Assembly (NCBI GenBank): GCA_040400605.1 | Contig: JBBAPZ010000002.1 | Coordinates: 225,179 to 252,838 of the forward strand | Length of the DNA stretch: 27,660 bases | DNA from: Candidatus Sericytochromatia bacterium | GTDB lineage: Bacteria; Cyanobacteriota; Sericytochromatia; S15B-MN24; JAQBPE01 | Direction: 5' to 3' | Shown here: positions 14,061-25,346 of the stretch, in pieces | Numbering within the stretch: position 1 is the first letter of the stretch | How the letters are laid out: each line of letters begins with the position of its first letter | Notes under the pieces: generated by a model | The model's input: only the letters and a program-made list of their open reading frames with translations | The model's database searches: none | Told to the model about the DNA's origin: nothing | Translations under genes and position numbers: made by a program

Positions 14061-17000
14061 ATGTCTCAAACGAACAAGCTCCGGGTTACCCCGTACAGTG
14101 GCGTGACCTCGTTGGCTGAGAACTTGCCTGATCTCATCGAGGTTCAGCGGAATTCGTTCAAATGGTTCCTGGATGAAGGTTTACGTGAAGAACTGGTTTC
14201 GTTTTCCCCGATCAATGATTATTCGAACCGGCTTGAGCTGCATTTTTTGACGAACTACACCCTTGGGGCGCCCAAGTATTCGGTGAATGAGTGTCGGGCG
14301 CGGAACGCGACGTATGCCCGTCCGCTTCGGATTCCGGTCCGACTCGTCTCGAAGGAAACGGGCGAGGTGAAGGAGCAGGACATTTTTGTGGGCGAGTTGC
14401 CCGTGATGACGGATCAAGGCACGTTCATCGTGAACGGCGCCGAGCGGGTCATCGTGTCGCAGATTGTGCGATCGCCCGGCGTTTTCTTTAAACGGGACCC
14501 TGACCCATCGGGCAAGAAGGTCTACTCCGCCACTATCATTCCCAATCGGGGGGCGTGGCTGAAGTTTGAGACCGATGTCAACGACCTGATTTATGTTCGG
14601 ATCGACAAGACCCGCAAGTTGCTGGCGTCCGTTTTGCTGAGGGCGTTGGGGTACCAGAATCACGAAATGCTCGAGTTGTTCAAGCATCAGGAGTATCTGC
14701 AAAAAACCCTCGACGCGGACAAGACCAGCACGGTGGATGAGGCGCTCGTTGAGGTTTACCGCAAGCTGCGGCCGGGTGATATGCCGAGTGTCGAGGGTGG
14801 TCGTTCGGTTTTGCAGGCGCGGTTCTTTGACCCGAAACGTTACGATTTGGGACGTGTTGGCCGTTATAAGATGAACAAGAAACTGGCCCTGTCAACCCCG
14901 CAGTCGGAGCGCATTTTGACGCGTGAGGACATCGTGGGTGTGGTTGATTATCTGATTAACCTGAATTTCGATGCGGGTCATGTCGATGACATCGACCACC
15001 TTGGGAATCGGCGGATCCGGTCGGTCGGAGAGTTGTTGCAGAATCAGTTCCGGGTGGGCTTGACGCGGCTGGAGCGGATCATCCGCGAAAGGATGACCAT
15101 TCAGGAAGCGGAAACATTGACGCCACAGAACCTGGTGAATGCGAAGCCACTGGTGGCTGCCATCAAGGAGTTCTTTGGCAGCAGTCAGTTGTCACAGTTC
15201 ATGGACCAGACCAATGCATTGGCTGAGCTGACACACAAACGTCGTTTGTCCGCGCTTGGTCCTGGTGGTTTGACCCGCGAGCGGGCCGGGTTCGCGGTAC
15301 GCGACATCCACCCGTCGCACTACGGTCGTATCTGCCCCATCGAAACCCCTGAAGGACCCAATGCCGGTTTGATCGGTTCTTTGTCGACCTTTGCGCGGGT
15401 GAATGAGTACGGTTTCATTGAAGCGCCTTGGCGTAAGATTGTTAATGGCGAAGTGACCAATGACATTATGTACATCACGGCGGAAGAAGAGGATGAGTAT
15501 CGTACAGCCGCAGCTGACACGCCTTTGACCCCCGATGGCAAGCATTTCCGGGATGACAAGGTGCCGGTTCGCTACAAGGCGGAGTTTTTGTTTGCCGCGC
15601 CGAACGATGTAGATTTGATTGGTGTTTCGCCCATTCAGATCATTTCTGTTGCAACCGCATTGATTCCGTTTATTGAACATGATGATGCGAACCGAGCGTT
15701 GATGGGTTCCAACATGCAGCGCCAGAGTGTGCCCCTGTTGCGGCCTGAGCGTCCGCGGGTCGGGACAGGCCTTGAGAAGCGGGCGGCGGTCGACTCCGGT
15801 CTGGTCATTGTCGCTGAGGCGGCGGGGGTGGTTTCGCGCGTGTCGGGAACGTCGATCAGTGTACGGGAAGAAAGCGGTAAAGAGCGTCACTACGCCTTGA
15901 CGAAGTTCTTGCGGTCTAATCAGGATACATGTCTGAATCAGCGTCCGATCGTTCGCAAGGGGCAGAAGATCGCAGCCAATGAAGTCCTCGCGGATGGTGC
16001 GGCCACACAAGCGGGCGAGTTGGCGTTGGGCCAAAACCTCATCGTGGCGTTTATGCCGTGGGAGGGTTATAACTTCGAGGACGCGATCCTCATCAACAAG
16101 CGGTTGGTGATGGACGATGTGTTCACGTCGATTCACATTGAAAAACATGAAATCGAGAGTCGCGCGACCAAGTTGGGCAACGAAGAAATCACGCGCGAGG
16201 TTCCAAATGTGGGTGAAGATGCGCTTAAGGACCTTGACGAACGGGGCATCATTCGGGTTGGGGCTGAAGTTGAGCCGGATGACATCTTGGTCGGCAAGGT
16301 GACGCCCAAGGGTGAAAGTGAGCATCCGCCAGAAGAAAAGCTTTTGCGGGCCATTTTTGGTGAGAAGGCGCGGGACGTGCGGGATACCTCCTTGCGCGTG
16401 CCCCACGGCGACAAGGGTTGGATTGTTGATGTGAAGGTGTTCAGCCGTGAGGCGGGTGATGATCTTTCTCCTGGTGTCAACCAGGTCGTGCACGTTTACA
16501 TCGCGCAGAAACGCAAGATTTCGGTCGGTGACAAGGTGGCGGGACGGCACGGTAACAAGGGCATTGTGTCGAAGATTTTGCCGGCAGAGGATATGCCTTT
16601 CTTGCCGGATGGCACGCCTGTAGATATCGTGTTGAATCCGTTGGGGGTGCCTTCCCGAATGAACGTGGGTCAGACCTATGAGACCTTGATGGGGTGGGCG
16701 GCTGAGAATCTTGGTATTTTTTATGAGATACCGCCTTTCGATGAAATGTTCGGTTCTGAATCGTCGTATGATTTGTTGCGCAACAGCCTGGGGTCAGCGC
16801 GGGAGTCGTCGGGTAAACATTGGATTTCTGAGACGGGCAAGATTGATTTGTATGATGGACGGACAGGGGATAGATTCGATCGTCCCGTGACGGTTGGCAC
16901 GATTTACATGATGAAGCTGGTCCACTTGGTTGATGACAAGATTCATGCGCGTTCGACGGGGCCGTATTCGTTGGTGACCCAGCAGCCGTTGGGTGGCAAG

Positions 17001-17360
17001 GCGCAGTTCGGTGGCCAGCGCTTCGGTGAGATGGAAGTGTGGGCGTTGGAGGCCTATGGCGCTGCGTACACGTTGCAGGAGATTCTGACCATCAAGTCGG
17101 ATGATGTGCCGGGCCGTGCAAAGGCTTATGAGGCGATCGTCAAAGGCAAGAACTTGTCCAAGCCTGGCATACCGGAGTCGTTTAAGGTGTTGATTCGCGA
17201 ATTGCAATCCTTGTGTCTTGACGTCCATGTCGCGACGCAAGCCGGTCAAGAGATCGAGCTGTTCGAGGAGGATGAGAACACGCGTGATCGGTTGCGCACG
17301 CAACTGTCCCGTGTGATGACCCTGCCGGCGAACATCGAGGAAAAGGAGACCCTTCGGTAA
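14061..17360 (+). CDS. rpoB: RNA polymerase beta subunit (1099 aa, compact cyanobacteria-like type)
   Basis: [78 protein letters not shown]. Confidence 0.99.
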   Translation: MSQTNKLRVTPYSGVTSLAENLPDLIEVQRNSFKWFLDEGLREELVSFSPINDYSNRLELHFLTNYTLGAPKYSVNECRARNATYARPLRIPVRLVSKETGEVKEQDIFVGELPVMTDQGTFIVNGAERVIVSQIVRSPGVFFKRDPDPSGKKVYSATIIPNRGAWLKFETDVNDLIYVRIDKTRKLLASVLLRALGYQNHEMLELFKHQEYLQKTLDADKTSTVDEALVEVYRKLRPGDMPSVEGGRSVLQARFFDPKRYDLGRVGRYKMNKKLALSTPQSERILTREDIVGVVDYLINLNFDAGHVDDIDHLGNRRIRSVGELLQNQFRVGLTRLERIIRERMTIQEAETLTPQNLVNAKPLVAAIKEFFGSSQLSQFMDQTNALAELTHKRRLSALGPGGLTRERAGFAVRDIHPSHYGRICPIETPEGPNAGLIGSLSTFARVNEYGFIEAPWRKIVNGEVTNDIMYITAEEEDEYRTAAADTPLTPDGKHFRDDKVPVRYKAEFLFAAPNDVDLIGVSPIQIISVATALIPFIEHDDANRALMGSNMQRQSVPLLRPERPRVGTGLEKRAAVDSGLVIVAEAAGVVSRVSGTSISVREESGKERHYALTKFLRSNQDTCLNQRPIVRKGQKIAANEVLADGAATQAGELALGQNLIVAFMPWEGYNFEDAILINKRLVMDDVFTSIHIEKHEIESRATKLGNEEITREVPNVGEDALKDLDERGIIRVGAEVEPDDILVGKVTPKGESEHPPEEKLLRAIFGEKARDVRDTSLRVPHGDKGWIVDVKVFSREAGDDLSPGVNQVVHVYIAQKRKISVGDKVAGRHGNKGIVSKILPAEDMPFLPDGTPVDIVLNPLGVPSRMNVGQTYETLMGWAAENLGIFYEIPPFDEMFGSESSYDLLRNSLGSARESSGKHWISETGKIDLYDGRTGDRFDRPVTVGTIYMMKLVHLVDDKIHARSTGPYSLVTQQPLGGKAQFGGQRFGEMEVWALEAYGAAYTLQEILTIKSDDVPGRAKAYEAIVKGKNLSKPGIPESFKVLIRELQSLCLDVHVATQAGQEIELFEEDENTRDRLRTQLSRVMTLPANIEEKETLR

Positions 17361-20300
17361 ATGACGTACGCGTTCGATTACATTAAAGTGGGGATAGCAA
17401 GCCCCGACCGGATTCGCAGTTGGTCTCGCGGTGCGGTCACCAAGCCTGAGACGATCAATTATCGTACGTTGAAGCCGGAGCGTGACGGGCTCTTCTGTGA
17501 GCGGATTTTTGGGCCCGCCAAGGATTGGGAGTGTCATTGCGGCAAGTACAAGCGCGTTCGGCACAAGGGTATCATTTGCGAACGGTGCGGGGTTGAAGTC
17601 ACGGATTCCAAAGTACGGCGCTATCGCATGGGACATATCGATTTGGCCGCGCCGGTTGCGCATATTTGGTACTTGAAGGGCATCCCGAGTTATATGTCCC
17701 AACTGTTGGACATTCCGTTGAGGCAGTTGGAGGATGTGGTTTATTTCAACAAGTATTTGGTGATTGATGGTGGCGATACGTCGTTTGCGTATGGTGACAT
17801 CATCGATGAGGCGCAGTACGAAGACGTATTTGACAAGAATCCAGACTCGACTTTGGATGCGAAGATGGGTGCGCAGGCTGTTCTGGACTTTGTCTCGCAG
17901 CTTGATCTGCAAAAGAAGTCCGATGAGTTGCGGGCGGAGACCTTGTCTTCGACCGGTCAGAAGCGGGCCAAGGCGATCAAGCGGCTGCGGGTCATCGAAG
18001 CGTTTCTCGGCTCCGGAACCAATCCGGCCTGGATGGTTTTGGATGTCATTCCGGTCATTCCGCCGGACTTGCGACCGATGGTGCAGCTCGATGGCGGTCG
18101 GTTTGCGACGTCGGACCTCAATGATCTCTATCGGCGGGTGATCAACCGCAACAATCGACTGTATCGCTTGCGGGAGATGCACGCGCCGGACATCATCATT
18201 CGCAATGAGATGCGGATGTTGCAGGAGGCCGTCGATGCGTTGATCGACAATGGCCGCAGAGGGCGGGCGGTGGTTGGTCCGAACAATCGTGCGTTGAAGT
18301 CCCTCTCGGACATCATTGAAGGCAAACAGGGCCGTTTCAGACAGAATCTGCTTGGGAAACGAGTTGACTACTCCGGTCGTTCCGTGATTGTGGTCGGCCC
18401 CAGTCTGAAACTGCACCAGTGCGGTTTGCCTAAGGAGATGGCACTTGAGTTGTTCAAACCGTTTGTAATGAACAAACTCGTTGAGCGGGGAATCGTGCAG
18501 AACATCAAGTCGGCGAAAAAGAAGATTGAGCGCGGTGAAACGATTGTTTGGGACATCCTGGAGGATGTTATCAACGGTCATCCGGTATTGCTGAATCGGG
18601 CCCCGACCCTGCACCGCCTGGGCATTCAGGCGTTTGAACCCGTTTTGGTTGAGGGGCGGGCCATTCAGTTGCATCCTTTGGTTTGTACGGCCTTCAATGC
18701 GGACTTCGACGGTGATCAGATGGCGGTTCACGTGCCGTTGTCGGTGGAGGCACAGACCGAGGCGCGATTGTTGATGATGTCGAGCAACAATGTGCTCGCG
18801 CCGGCGACCGGACGGCCAATCGTCACGCCGACCCAGGACATGGTGCTTGGCTGCTATTATTTGTCGGTGTTGGACCCAGGCAAGGTGCGCGGTCAGGGAA
18901 TGGTCTTTGCGAATTCCACTGATGCGGTTGGGTTGTATCAGACCGGCCAGATTGATTTGCACGCTTTGATCAAGGTGCGCATCAAGCATGATCGTCTGCA
19001 GACGAGTTTGACGCAGACGGATTATCTGGAGCATGGTGGCAAGGGGCAGATCATTGAGACAACGGTTGGGCGCATTATTTTCAATGAAGCGTTGCCACCC
19101 GGTTTCCCGTTTGTTAACGCGTTGGTGAACAAAAAGATGTTGGAAGACGTCGTCATGCGGGCGTTTGAGGAGTATTCTCCTTCGGATGCGGCGTTGCTTG
19201 CGGATCAGCTCAAGAATCTTGGGTTCAGATTTGCAACGCGCGCCGGTGTGACGGTATCCATTCACGACTTGCAGACGCCTCAGGAGAAAGCGGAGATTCT
19301 TGAATTGGCCGAGGCCGAAATCGAGCGCTCGCGCAAGGCTTATTTGCGGGGTGAGATCACGGAGGTTGAGCGTCATAACAAGGCAATCGACACGTGGGCT
19401 GAAGCCACCGAGAAGGTGAAGGATCTGATCGTCGAAAAAATGGATCGGCTGAATTCGGTTTACATGATGGCGTTCTCCGGTGCCCGCGGTAACATCTCTC
19501 AGGTGCGTCAGCTTGTTGGGATGCGGGGCTTGATGGCTGACCCGTCTGGTCGGATCATTGACCTCCCGATCAAGGCAAACTTCCGGGAAGGTTTGAATGT
19601 TACCGAGTACATCATTTCGAGTTACGGTGCGCGCAAGGGGTTGGTTGACACCGCGTTGCGAACCGCAGACTCGGGGTATTTGACGCGCCGGTTGGCGGAC
19701 GTGGCGCAAGACGTCATCATTCGTGAGGAAGACTGTCATACAAACAAAGGGATCAGTCTGACTGCAATTCGCGATGGTGAGTCGGTGGTTGTCAAGCTGG
19801 CCGAGCGGCTCAAAGGCAGGGTGTTGGCTGACCATGTCGTGGAACCTGCAACCGGTGAGGTGCTGGTTGAAGCAAACATGTTGTTGACGCAACCGCTGGT
19901 CGACCTCATTGTCGCCGCAGGTGTCCAAGAGGTCCAAATTCGTTCGCCATTGACCTGTCAGAGTCGCTACGGAGTATGTCGTCAGTGCTATGGTTGGTCC
20001 TTGACCAACAATCAGCTCGTCGATATTGGTGAGGCGGTTGGGATTATTGCGGCTCAGTCGATCGGTGAGCCAGGCACCCAGTTGACGATGCGGACTTTCC
20101 ACACCGGGGGCGTATTTACCAAGAGTTCCTCGACTGCGGTTGTCAAGGCGGAGCATGCGGGTATCGTTGTTTTGCCGCCGGATTTGAGTACCCGAGACTT
20201 CAGAACCCGTCACGGGGACGTGAAGTTGGTGCTTGATAAAGAGGCGGTTATCACCATCAAGTCGGCAAAGAAACATCACGCTGTTGTTGTGCCGGTCGGG

Positions 20301-22967
20301 TATGAGTTGCGTGTAGAAAACGGTGCTGAAGTTTCGAAAGAAACGTTGATTGCCGAGTCGATCGTTGAGACGGGGCGTGCAAGCCGCAAGTCGCTTGAGC
20401 GCGGCTACAAGGACGTGAGTGCCGATTTGGCGGGCACTGTTGAATTCAGCGGCTTCCGGCCTGAGGAACGGCGCGATCGTCAGGGCAATGTCACCAAGAC
20501 GGCTAATCGTTCTGGCGTGATCTGGGTGTTGGCTGGTGACACCTACACCTTGCCATCCGCTTATCGTCCGGTTATACAGCCGGGTGCGAGTGTGAAGCGT
20601 GGTGATGTGTTGACCGAAAGCACCGCTGTCACGGAGCGTGGCGGTCGTGTTCGGTTGGGCGCAGATGTGGTGATCGTTGATGAAGGCGGTCGGCGCGTGG
20701 TTAAGGGTGGACGTGACATTTCGATTGTAACGGCCAATCTGGTTATGCCGGGAACAGATGTTGTCGCGGGTAAAAAGGACTGGTTGCTTCGGGTTGAAGG
20801 TGAAGAGGCGCCTTATGTTCTGCGCGTGGCGGAGGGCCAACGTCTGGATGGTGACACGTCGGTCATCGCGGATGTGGTGGATGAGCGTTACGTCGTGACC
20901 ACTTCCGGTGAGGTTCGTTTCGCTGAAGCGAGTCTGGTTGACAAGGCTGATCGGAAGCTGGTCGTCAGACGCGGTGAGATCACGTTTGTTCCGGAGGAAA
21001 TGCTGACCATCAACAAGCCGGTTGAGCAGCTTGGCTTTGGTATACAAAGCGGCATGTTTGTTGAGCCGGGTACCGCATTGGTTGTGGGTGCGGAAATTTA
21101 CACGAAGACGGCGGGCATCCTCGAATTGTTCATTGACAACGAAATGGTAAAAGAGGCGTATGTCTATCCCGGCACATCGTTTGAGATACCCGATGGCCTT
21201 GAACTGAAAGTCAAAGAAGACGATGCCGTGAATCGCGGCGCCGAATTGGCCAGTGGCTTTGTGGCGACACACGAAGGCATCATCAAGGTCATCGAGGGTG
21301 CTGACGGTGAGCGTATTGTTATCGTTCGATCGATCGAGCGATACGCCGTTGAGCCGGCCGAAGTGACCTTGCCTTTCAAGTCCTCGACCGATGATTTGAG
21401 CTTGCGGTCGCATTCGCGGCTGGTTGTCAAGAATAATGAACGGATCAAGGCTGGCACGCCGTTGGTTCGGACAGAAGTCATCTTGTGCAAGGGTTCAGCG
21501 ATGGCGAGCCTGAGTGGTCGTGTCGAGATTACGTCACGGGGAGAGGTGGCCGAGGGTGAGGAGCAGGTTCATGATCTGTCGGTCGTGATTCTGGAGAGCA
21601 TGCCTTTGCGGCGTGACCTGCCGTCTGTGGGGCGCTTTGGTGAGCACCATGAGGACTGTATTGTCACCACGCTGGCGGTCGCTGATGGCGACTTCGTCAA
21701 GCCGGGGACAGTTGTGTTCAAGACGGAGATTCAAAGCCATGAGCAGGGCGTCGTTCATTATCCGGCGCAGCCTGAAGGCGCTGAGTTACGGCGTTTGATA
21801 CTGGTGACGGCCGATCACGAGGACGTGATTCGGTTAGATGGACCATCAACGGTTTTGGATGGTGATTTGGTCCGTGAGGGGGATGTGTTTTCACCTGGTC
21901 AAACAGCGCGGTTGGCTGGTCGGGTGCGTGTTGTTGATGCGCAGACCCTTGCCTTGCGACACGGTCGCCCTTATTTGATCTCACCGGGTACGCAACTGAT
22001 GGTGGACCAGGGGGACATGGTTCAGCGGGGTGAAAACCTTGCCACCTTGGTTTATGACCGGGTCAAGACAGGTGACATCATTCAGGGTCTGCCTCGTGTC
22101 GAGGAATTGCTTGAGGCGCGCAAGCCGAAGGAATCGGCGATCGTCGCGGAGCATGACGGGGTCGTCAAATTGATGGTTGACTCGGATGAGAACGTTCGGG
22201 TGTTCATTGAGACGGCGCATGGCACGGAGGAGTATTCGATTCCTGTGGGTGGACGTCTGGTCGTGATGGATGGCGATGTGGTGAACCGCGGTGATGCGTT
22301 GACCGAAGGGGCGATCGATCCACGTGACGTGTTGCGGGTGCTCGGCGTCGCGCGGGTTCAGCGTTTTCTGGTGGATGAGGTCCAGATGGTGTATCGGTCT
22401 CAAGGGGTTGAGATTGGGGACAAGCACGTTGAAACCATCGTTCGGCAGATGACTCGTAAGTTCAAGGTCGACGATCCTGGCGACACGACCTTGTTGCCTG
22501 GTGAGATGGTTGATGTTCTTGAGTTGGATCGCGAGCAGCGCCTGATCACCGACAAGGATGGTCGGCATGCTGTTTCGACGCCGGTCTTGCTGGGGATCAC
22601 GAAGGCATCTTTGAACACGGAGTCGTTCATTTCGGCAGCATCGTTCCAGGAGACTACGCGTGTGTTGACGGAAGCAGCAATTGAAGGCAAGAAGGATTGG
22701 CTGCACGGTTTGAAGGAGAATGTCGTCATTGGTCGTTTGATTCCGGCTGGTACAGGTCTTTTTAATCAGCCAGAAGAAGAGGTGGCCGCTGGTTCGGACT
22801 TCGTTCTGCCTTCCGTTGCACCGGAGCTGATTGGTGGTGCGAGCCTGGTTGGCGCCGCTGCCGTGCCTTCTGGCGATGGCGAGCGCGTTGACGAGGATGT
22901 CGAGGATGTCGAGGATCTTTCTCCCGGTGAGTTCGTTGATCCTGGTGAACACGACGAGGAGCTCTAG
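17361..22967 (+). CDS. rpoC: RNA polymerase beta-prime subunit, unsplit, with ~650-aa Si3 insertion (1868 aa)
   Basis: One ORF holding KPETINYRT, both Zn-binding Cys sets, NADFDGD, bridge helix [23 protein letters not shown], trigger loop [25 protein letters not shown], and [11 protein letters not shown]. Confidence 0.99.
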   Translation: MTYAFDYIKVGIASPDRIRSWSRGAVTKPETINYRTLKPERDGLFCERIFGPAKDWECHCGKYKRVRHKGIICERCGVEVTDSKVRRYRMGHIDLAAPVAHIWYLKGIPSYMSQLLDIPLRQLEDVVYFNKYLVIDGGDTSFAYGDIIDEAQYEDVFDKNPDSTLDAKMGAQAVLDFVSQLDLQKKSDELRAETLSSTGQKRAKAIKRLRVIEAFLGSGTNPAWMVLDVIPVIPPDLRPMVQLDGGRFATSDLNDLYRRVINRNNRLYRLREMHAPDIIIRNEMRMLQEAVDALIDNGRRGRAVVGPNNRALKSLSDIIEGKQGRFRQNLLGKRVDYSGRSVIVVGPSLKLHQCGLPKEMALELFKPFVMNKLVERGIVQNIKSAKKKIERGETIVWDILEDVINGHPVLLNRAPTLHRLGIQAFEPVLVEGRAIQLHPLVCTAFNADFDGDQMAVHVPLSVEAQTEARLLMMSSNNVLAPATGRPIVTPTQDMVLGCYYLSVLDPGKVRGQGMVFANSTDAVGLYQTGQIDLHALIKVRIKHDRLQTSLTQTDYLEHGGKGQIIETTVGRIIFNEALPPGFPFVNALVNKKMLEDVVMRAFEEYSPSDAALLADQLKNLGFRFATRAGVTVSIHDLQTPQEKAEILELAEAEIERSRKAYLRGEITEVERHNKAIDTWAEATEKVKDLIVEKMDRLNSVYMMAFSGARGNISQVRQLVGMRGLMADPSGRIIDLPIKANFREGLNVTEYIISSYGARKGLVDTALRTADSGYLTRRLADVAQDVIIREEDCHTNKGISLTAIRDGESVVVKLAERLKGRVLADHVVEPATGEVLVEANMLLTQPLVDLIVAAGVQEVQIRSPLTCQSRYGVCRQCYGWSLTNNQLVDIGEAVGIIAAQSIGEPGTQLTMRTFHTGGVFTKSSSTAVVKAEHAGIVVLPPDLSTRDFRTRHGDVKLVLDKEAVITIKSAKKHHAVVVPVGYELRVENGAEVSKETLIAESIVETGRASRKSLERGYKDVSADLAGTVEFSGFRPEERRDRQGNVTKTANRSGVIWVLAGDTYTLPSAYRPVIQPGASVKRGDVLTESTAVTERGGRVRLGADVVIVDEGGRRVVKGGRDISIVTANLVMPGTDVVAGKKDWLLRVEGEEAPYVLRVAEGQRLDGDTSVIADVVDERYVVTTSGEVRFAEASLVDKADRKLVVRRGEITFVPEEMLTINKPVEQLGFGIQSGMFVEPGTALVVGAEIYTKTAGILELFIDNEMVKEAYVYPGTSFEIPDGLELKVKEDDAVNRGAELASGFVATHEGIIKVIEGADGERIVIVRSIERYAVEPAEVTLPFKSSTDDLSLRSHSRLVVKNNERIKAGTPLVRTEVILCKGSAMASLSGRVEITSRGEVAEGEEQVHDLSVVILESMPLRRDLPSVGRFGEHHEDCIVTTLAVADGDFVKPGTVVFKTEIQSHEQGVVHYPAQPEGAELRRLILVTADHEDVIRLDGPSTVLDGDLVREGDVFSPGQTARLAGRVRVVDAQTLALRHGRPYLISPGTQLMVDQGDMVQRGENLATLVYDRVKTGDIIQGLPRVEELLEARKPKESAIVAEHDGVVKLMVDSDENVRVFIETAHGTEEYSIPVGGRLVVMDGDVVNRGDALTEGAIDPRDVLRVLGVARVQRFLVDEVQMVYRSQGVEIGDKHVETIVRQMTRKFKVDDPGDTTLLPGEMVDVLELDREQRLITDKDGRHAVSTPVLLGITKASLNTESFISAASFQETTRVLTEAAIEGKKDWLHGLKENVVIGRLIPAGTGLFNQPEEEVAAGSDFVLPSVAPELIGGASLVGAAAVPSGDGERVDEDVEDVEDLSPGEFVDPGEHDEEL

Positions 22968-22995
22968 GTTTTCTGAGCGTTGTTGCTGACGGTTT

Positions 22996-23031
22996 GAATC
23001 AGGCGGGCCGCGTCCCGCCTGATTCTTCATT
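22996..23031 (+). terminator. 12-bp hairpin after rpoC, probable terminator or pause
   Basis: GAATCAGGCGGG (22996-23007) and CCCGCCTGATTC (23014-23025) form a perfect stem; the U-tract is weak (TTCATT). Confidence 0.6.
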
Positions 23032-23046
23032 GAGGTGGCGTGTCCG

Positions 23047-24234
23047 ATGAACGTGGTGCTTGCAGGGATTGTTGTCGGATGGGTCGTCTTTGGGTTTGAT
23101 TTAGTGGCTGAGGCGCTGGCCGCGACGCCACAGCCTCGAATGCTGGTGTTGGGGGATCGCCACGCAAGCATCGCTTGGGAGACCTTGACAGTGCAGACTG
23201 GTCGGCTGCGGTTGTTTAAAGATGGTGACCCGTCAGCCCGCGTCGTTTCTGGCACGGTGGGCCGGCGACACCGCGCGACGCTCGATAGCTTGGCGCCTGG
23301 CGCCACCTATGTGTACCAGGTGGCGGAGGGTAAGCAGTGGTCAGCCCCGGTGCGGTTTAAAACGTTCTCGCGCGAGTATCAACAGCCGTTGCGCTTTGCG
23401 GTGATCGGCGATTCAGGGAGTGGCAGCAGCCACCAATGGGCGGTTGCGCGGCGGCTTGACGCCTGGCGTCCGGATTTTGTCCTTCACGTAGGTGATGTCA
23501 TTTATGAGGATGGTGCTGAAGAGGGCTACGGTTCGCGGTATGTGGCGCCCTATGCCCGGATGATTGGACGCGTGCCGGTTTACCCGGTGCTTGGCAACCA
23601 CGACTGCCGCACGGGGCTTGGGGCGCCTTTGTTGCGGTTCTTTGGGTTGAACGAACCGGGCAAGGCCCCCAGTCGCTGGTATGAGCGACGGATGGGGGGC
23701 GTTCAGTTGCTTGCCTGTGATTCCAATGTGGCGTTGCATACGGGGTCTGCGCAGTATCAGTGGTTGGAGAGTCGTTTGGCGGTAGCGGGGAAGCGCTGGC
23801 GGATTGTGTATTTTCATCATCCGCTTTACAGCGGGGGAGTGCACGGCGGTAGCGATATACTCAGGCGTCACCTGCAACCCTTGTTTGATCGGTACCGGGT
23901 GCAGCTTGTGTTTCAGGGTCACGACCACCATTACGAACGCAGCCAGCCATTGCGTGGGGGGACGCCTCATCCGGCCGGTACGACCTTCATTGTCACAGGA
24001 GGCGCAGGCGCGTGGTTGCGACCGGTTAAACCGATGCCGTTTACGGCGCGTGCATTGTCAGCCTACCACTTTGTAGGGGCCAAGCTTGAGGGTGAGCGCT
24101 TGAGTGGTTCCGTCGTCGATGCAGACGGTCTTGTGAGGGATACGTTTTCGGTGTCACGGGATGGCGTCACTGGTGTTGGGCGCCTCGGGCTTAGCGGGAG
24201 TAAAGGGGGTTTGCGTGCGCGCGCTGACGTGTAA
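23047..24234 (+). CDS. Exported purple-acid-phosphatase-like metallophosphoesterase with FN3-like N-terminal domain (~395 aa)
   Basis: All five PAP ligand motifs: GDSG, GDVIY, GNHD, VYFHH, GHDH; HRATLDSLAPGATYVYQV FN3-like signature; hydrophobic N-terminus ending ALA; ATG 23047 after GAGGTGG. Confidence 0.9.
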   Translation: MNVVLAGIVVGWVVFGFDLVAEALAATPQPRMLVLGDRHASIAWETLTVQTGRLRLFKDGDPSARVVSGTVGRRHRATLDSLAPGATYVYQVAEGKQWSAPVRFKTFSREYQQPLRFAVIGDSGSGSSHQWAVARRLDAWRPDFVLHVGDVIYEDGAEEGYGSRYVAPYARMIGRVPVYPVLGNHDCRTGLGAPLLRFFGLNEPGKAPSRWYERRMGGVQLLACDSNVALHTGSAQYQWLESRLAVAGKRWRIVYFHHPLYSGGVHGGSDILRRHLQPLFDRYRVQLVFQGHDHHYERSQPLRGGTPHPAGTTFIVTGGAGAWLRPVKPMPFTARALSAYHFVGAKLEGERLSGSVVDADGLVRDTFSVSRDGVTGVGRLGLSGSKGGLRARADV

Positions 24235-24314
24235 TTGGATTGCGGTTACAGCCGCGAGTAAGCCATTTCATGCAAAAATTTCGGCTGAGAGCGCCTTGTG
24301 CGTCGACCGCTCGT

Positions 24315-24344
24315 TTGACACAGGGCTTCACTCGCTTGTATATT
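24315..24344 (+). promoter_or_regulatory. Sigma70 promoter TTGACA-18-TATATT for the str operon
   Basis: TTGACA 24315-24320 and TATATT 24339-24344, 75 nt upstream of rpsL. Confidence 0.7.
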
Positions 24345-24419
24345 AAGATTTCATTTATTTGGGTTTAGCTTGGGTACCCGTGGCTCTGAGTGCTAGCGGG
24401 GTCTGTAGGAGGATGATCG

Positions 24420-24827
24420 TTGCCCACCATCAGTCAACTTGTTCGCAAAGAGCGGGCGAAAGTCGTCGTGAAGACGAAGTCCCCAGCATTGAAGGAGTGC
24501 CCGCAGCGGCGCGGCGTTTGTACCAGGGTGTATACGACAACGCCCAAGAAGCCTAATTCGGCTTTGAGAAAAGTGGCGCGTGTGAAGTTGACCAACGGTA
24601 TTGAGGTAACCAGTTATATTCCGGGTGTCGGACATAATTTGCAGGAGCACTCGGTTGTTTTGATTCGTGGCGGTCGTGTGAAGGATTTGCCGGGTGTGCG
24701 GTATCACATTGTCCGGGGCACGTTGGATTCAGCCGGTGTCAAGGGGCGGATGCAGAGTCGGTCAAAGTATGGCGCGAAACGTCCCAAGCCGGGTCAAGCG
24801 GCGGCAGCGACCGGTAAAAAGAAGTAA
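24420..24827 (+). CDS. rpsL: 30S ribosomal protein S12 (135 aa, TTG start)
   Basis: [37 protein letters not shown]. Confidence 0.99.
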   Translation: MPTISQLVRKERAKVVVKTKSPALKECPQRRGVCTRVYTTTPKKPNSALRKVARVKLTNGIEVTSYIPGVGHNLQEHSVVLIRGGRVKDLPGVRYHIVRGTLDSAGVKGRMQSRSKYGAKRPKPGQAAAATGKKK

Positions 24828-24851
24828 GCGAGCGTAAGGAGAGATAGACGC

Positions 24852-25322
24852 ATGTCGAGACGTGGACGGATTGTAAAGCGGGCGCCGATGCCTGATCCGG
24901 TTTTTGGAAACTTGCTGATGACGCGCTTCATCAACACGATGATGTTGAGTGGTAAGAAGAGCACCGCGGAGCGTATTTTTTACACGGCACTGGATCAGGC
25001 GGCGGCCCGTTCAAGCAAGGAGCCTTTGGAGGTGTTTCAAAAGGCTGTGCAGAATGTACGTCCATTGATCGAGGTCAAGCCCAGGCGTGTGGGTGGTGCG
25101 ACATACCAAGTTCCGGTTGAGGTGAAGCAAGAGCGTGGAACCGCCTTGGCCATTCGGTGGCTGATTATCAATGCGCGGAAGCGTTCCGGCAAGTCGATGA
25201 TTGACAAACTGGCCGGCGAGTTCAACGATGCCGCTTCAGGTGTTGGGGCATCGGTCAAGAAGAAGGAAGACACCCACAAAATGGCCGAGGCGAACAAGGC
25301 CTTTGCCCACTACCGCTGGTAG
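24852..25322 (+). CDS. rpsG: 30S ribosomal protein S7 (156 aa)
   Basis: [31 protein letters not shown]. Confidence 0.99.
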   Translation: MSRRGRIVKRAPMPDPVFGNLLMTRFINTMMLSGKKSTAERIFYTALDQAAARSSKEPLEVFQKAVQNVRPLIEVKPRRVGGATYQVPVEVKQERGTALAIRWLIINARKRSGKSMIDKLAGEFNDAASGVGASVKKKEDTHKMAEANKAFAHYRW

Positions 25323-25346
25323 GTTCGAGTAAGGAGAGTTGGTCTG

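Noticed and set aside
16794..21413. 1539-aa minus-strand ORF opposite rpoB/rpoC
   Set aside because: Codon-aligned antisense shadow of conserved genes with biased codon use; no motifs or RBS. It crosses the junction only because rpoB and rpoC share a frame.
22893..22916. GAGGATGTC tandem repeat in the RpoC tail
   Set aside because: Only encodes EDVEDVED in a disordered acidic C-terminus; too short for a contingency locus or array.
24420..24827. Streptomycin-resistance alleles in rpsL
   Set aside because: PKKPNS and RVKDLPG are wild type.
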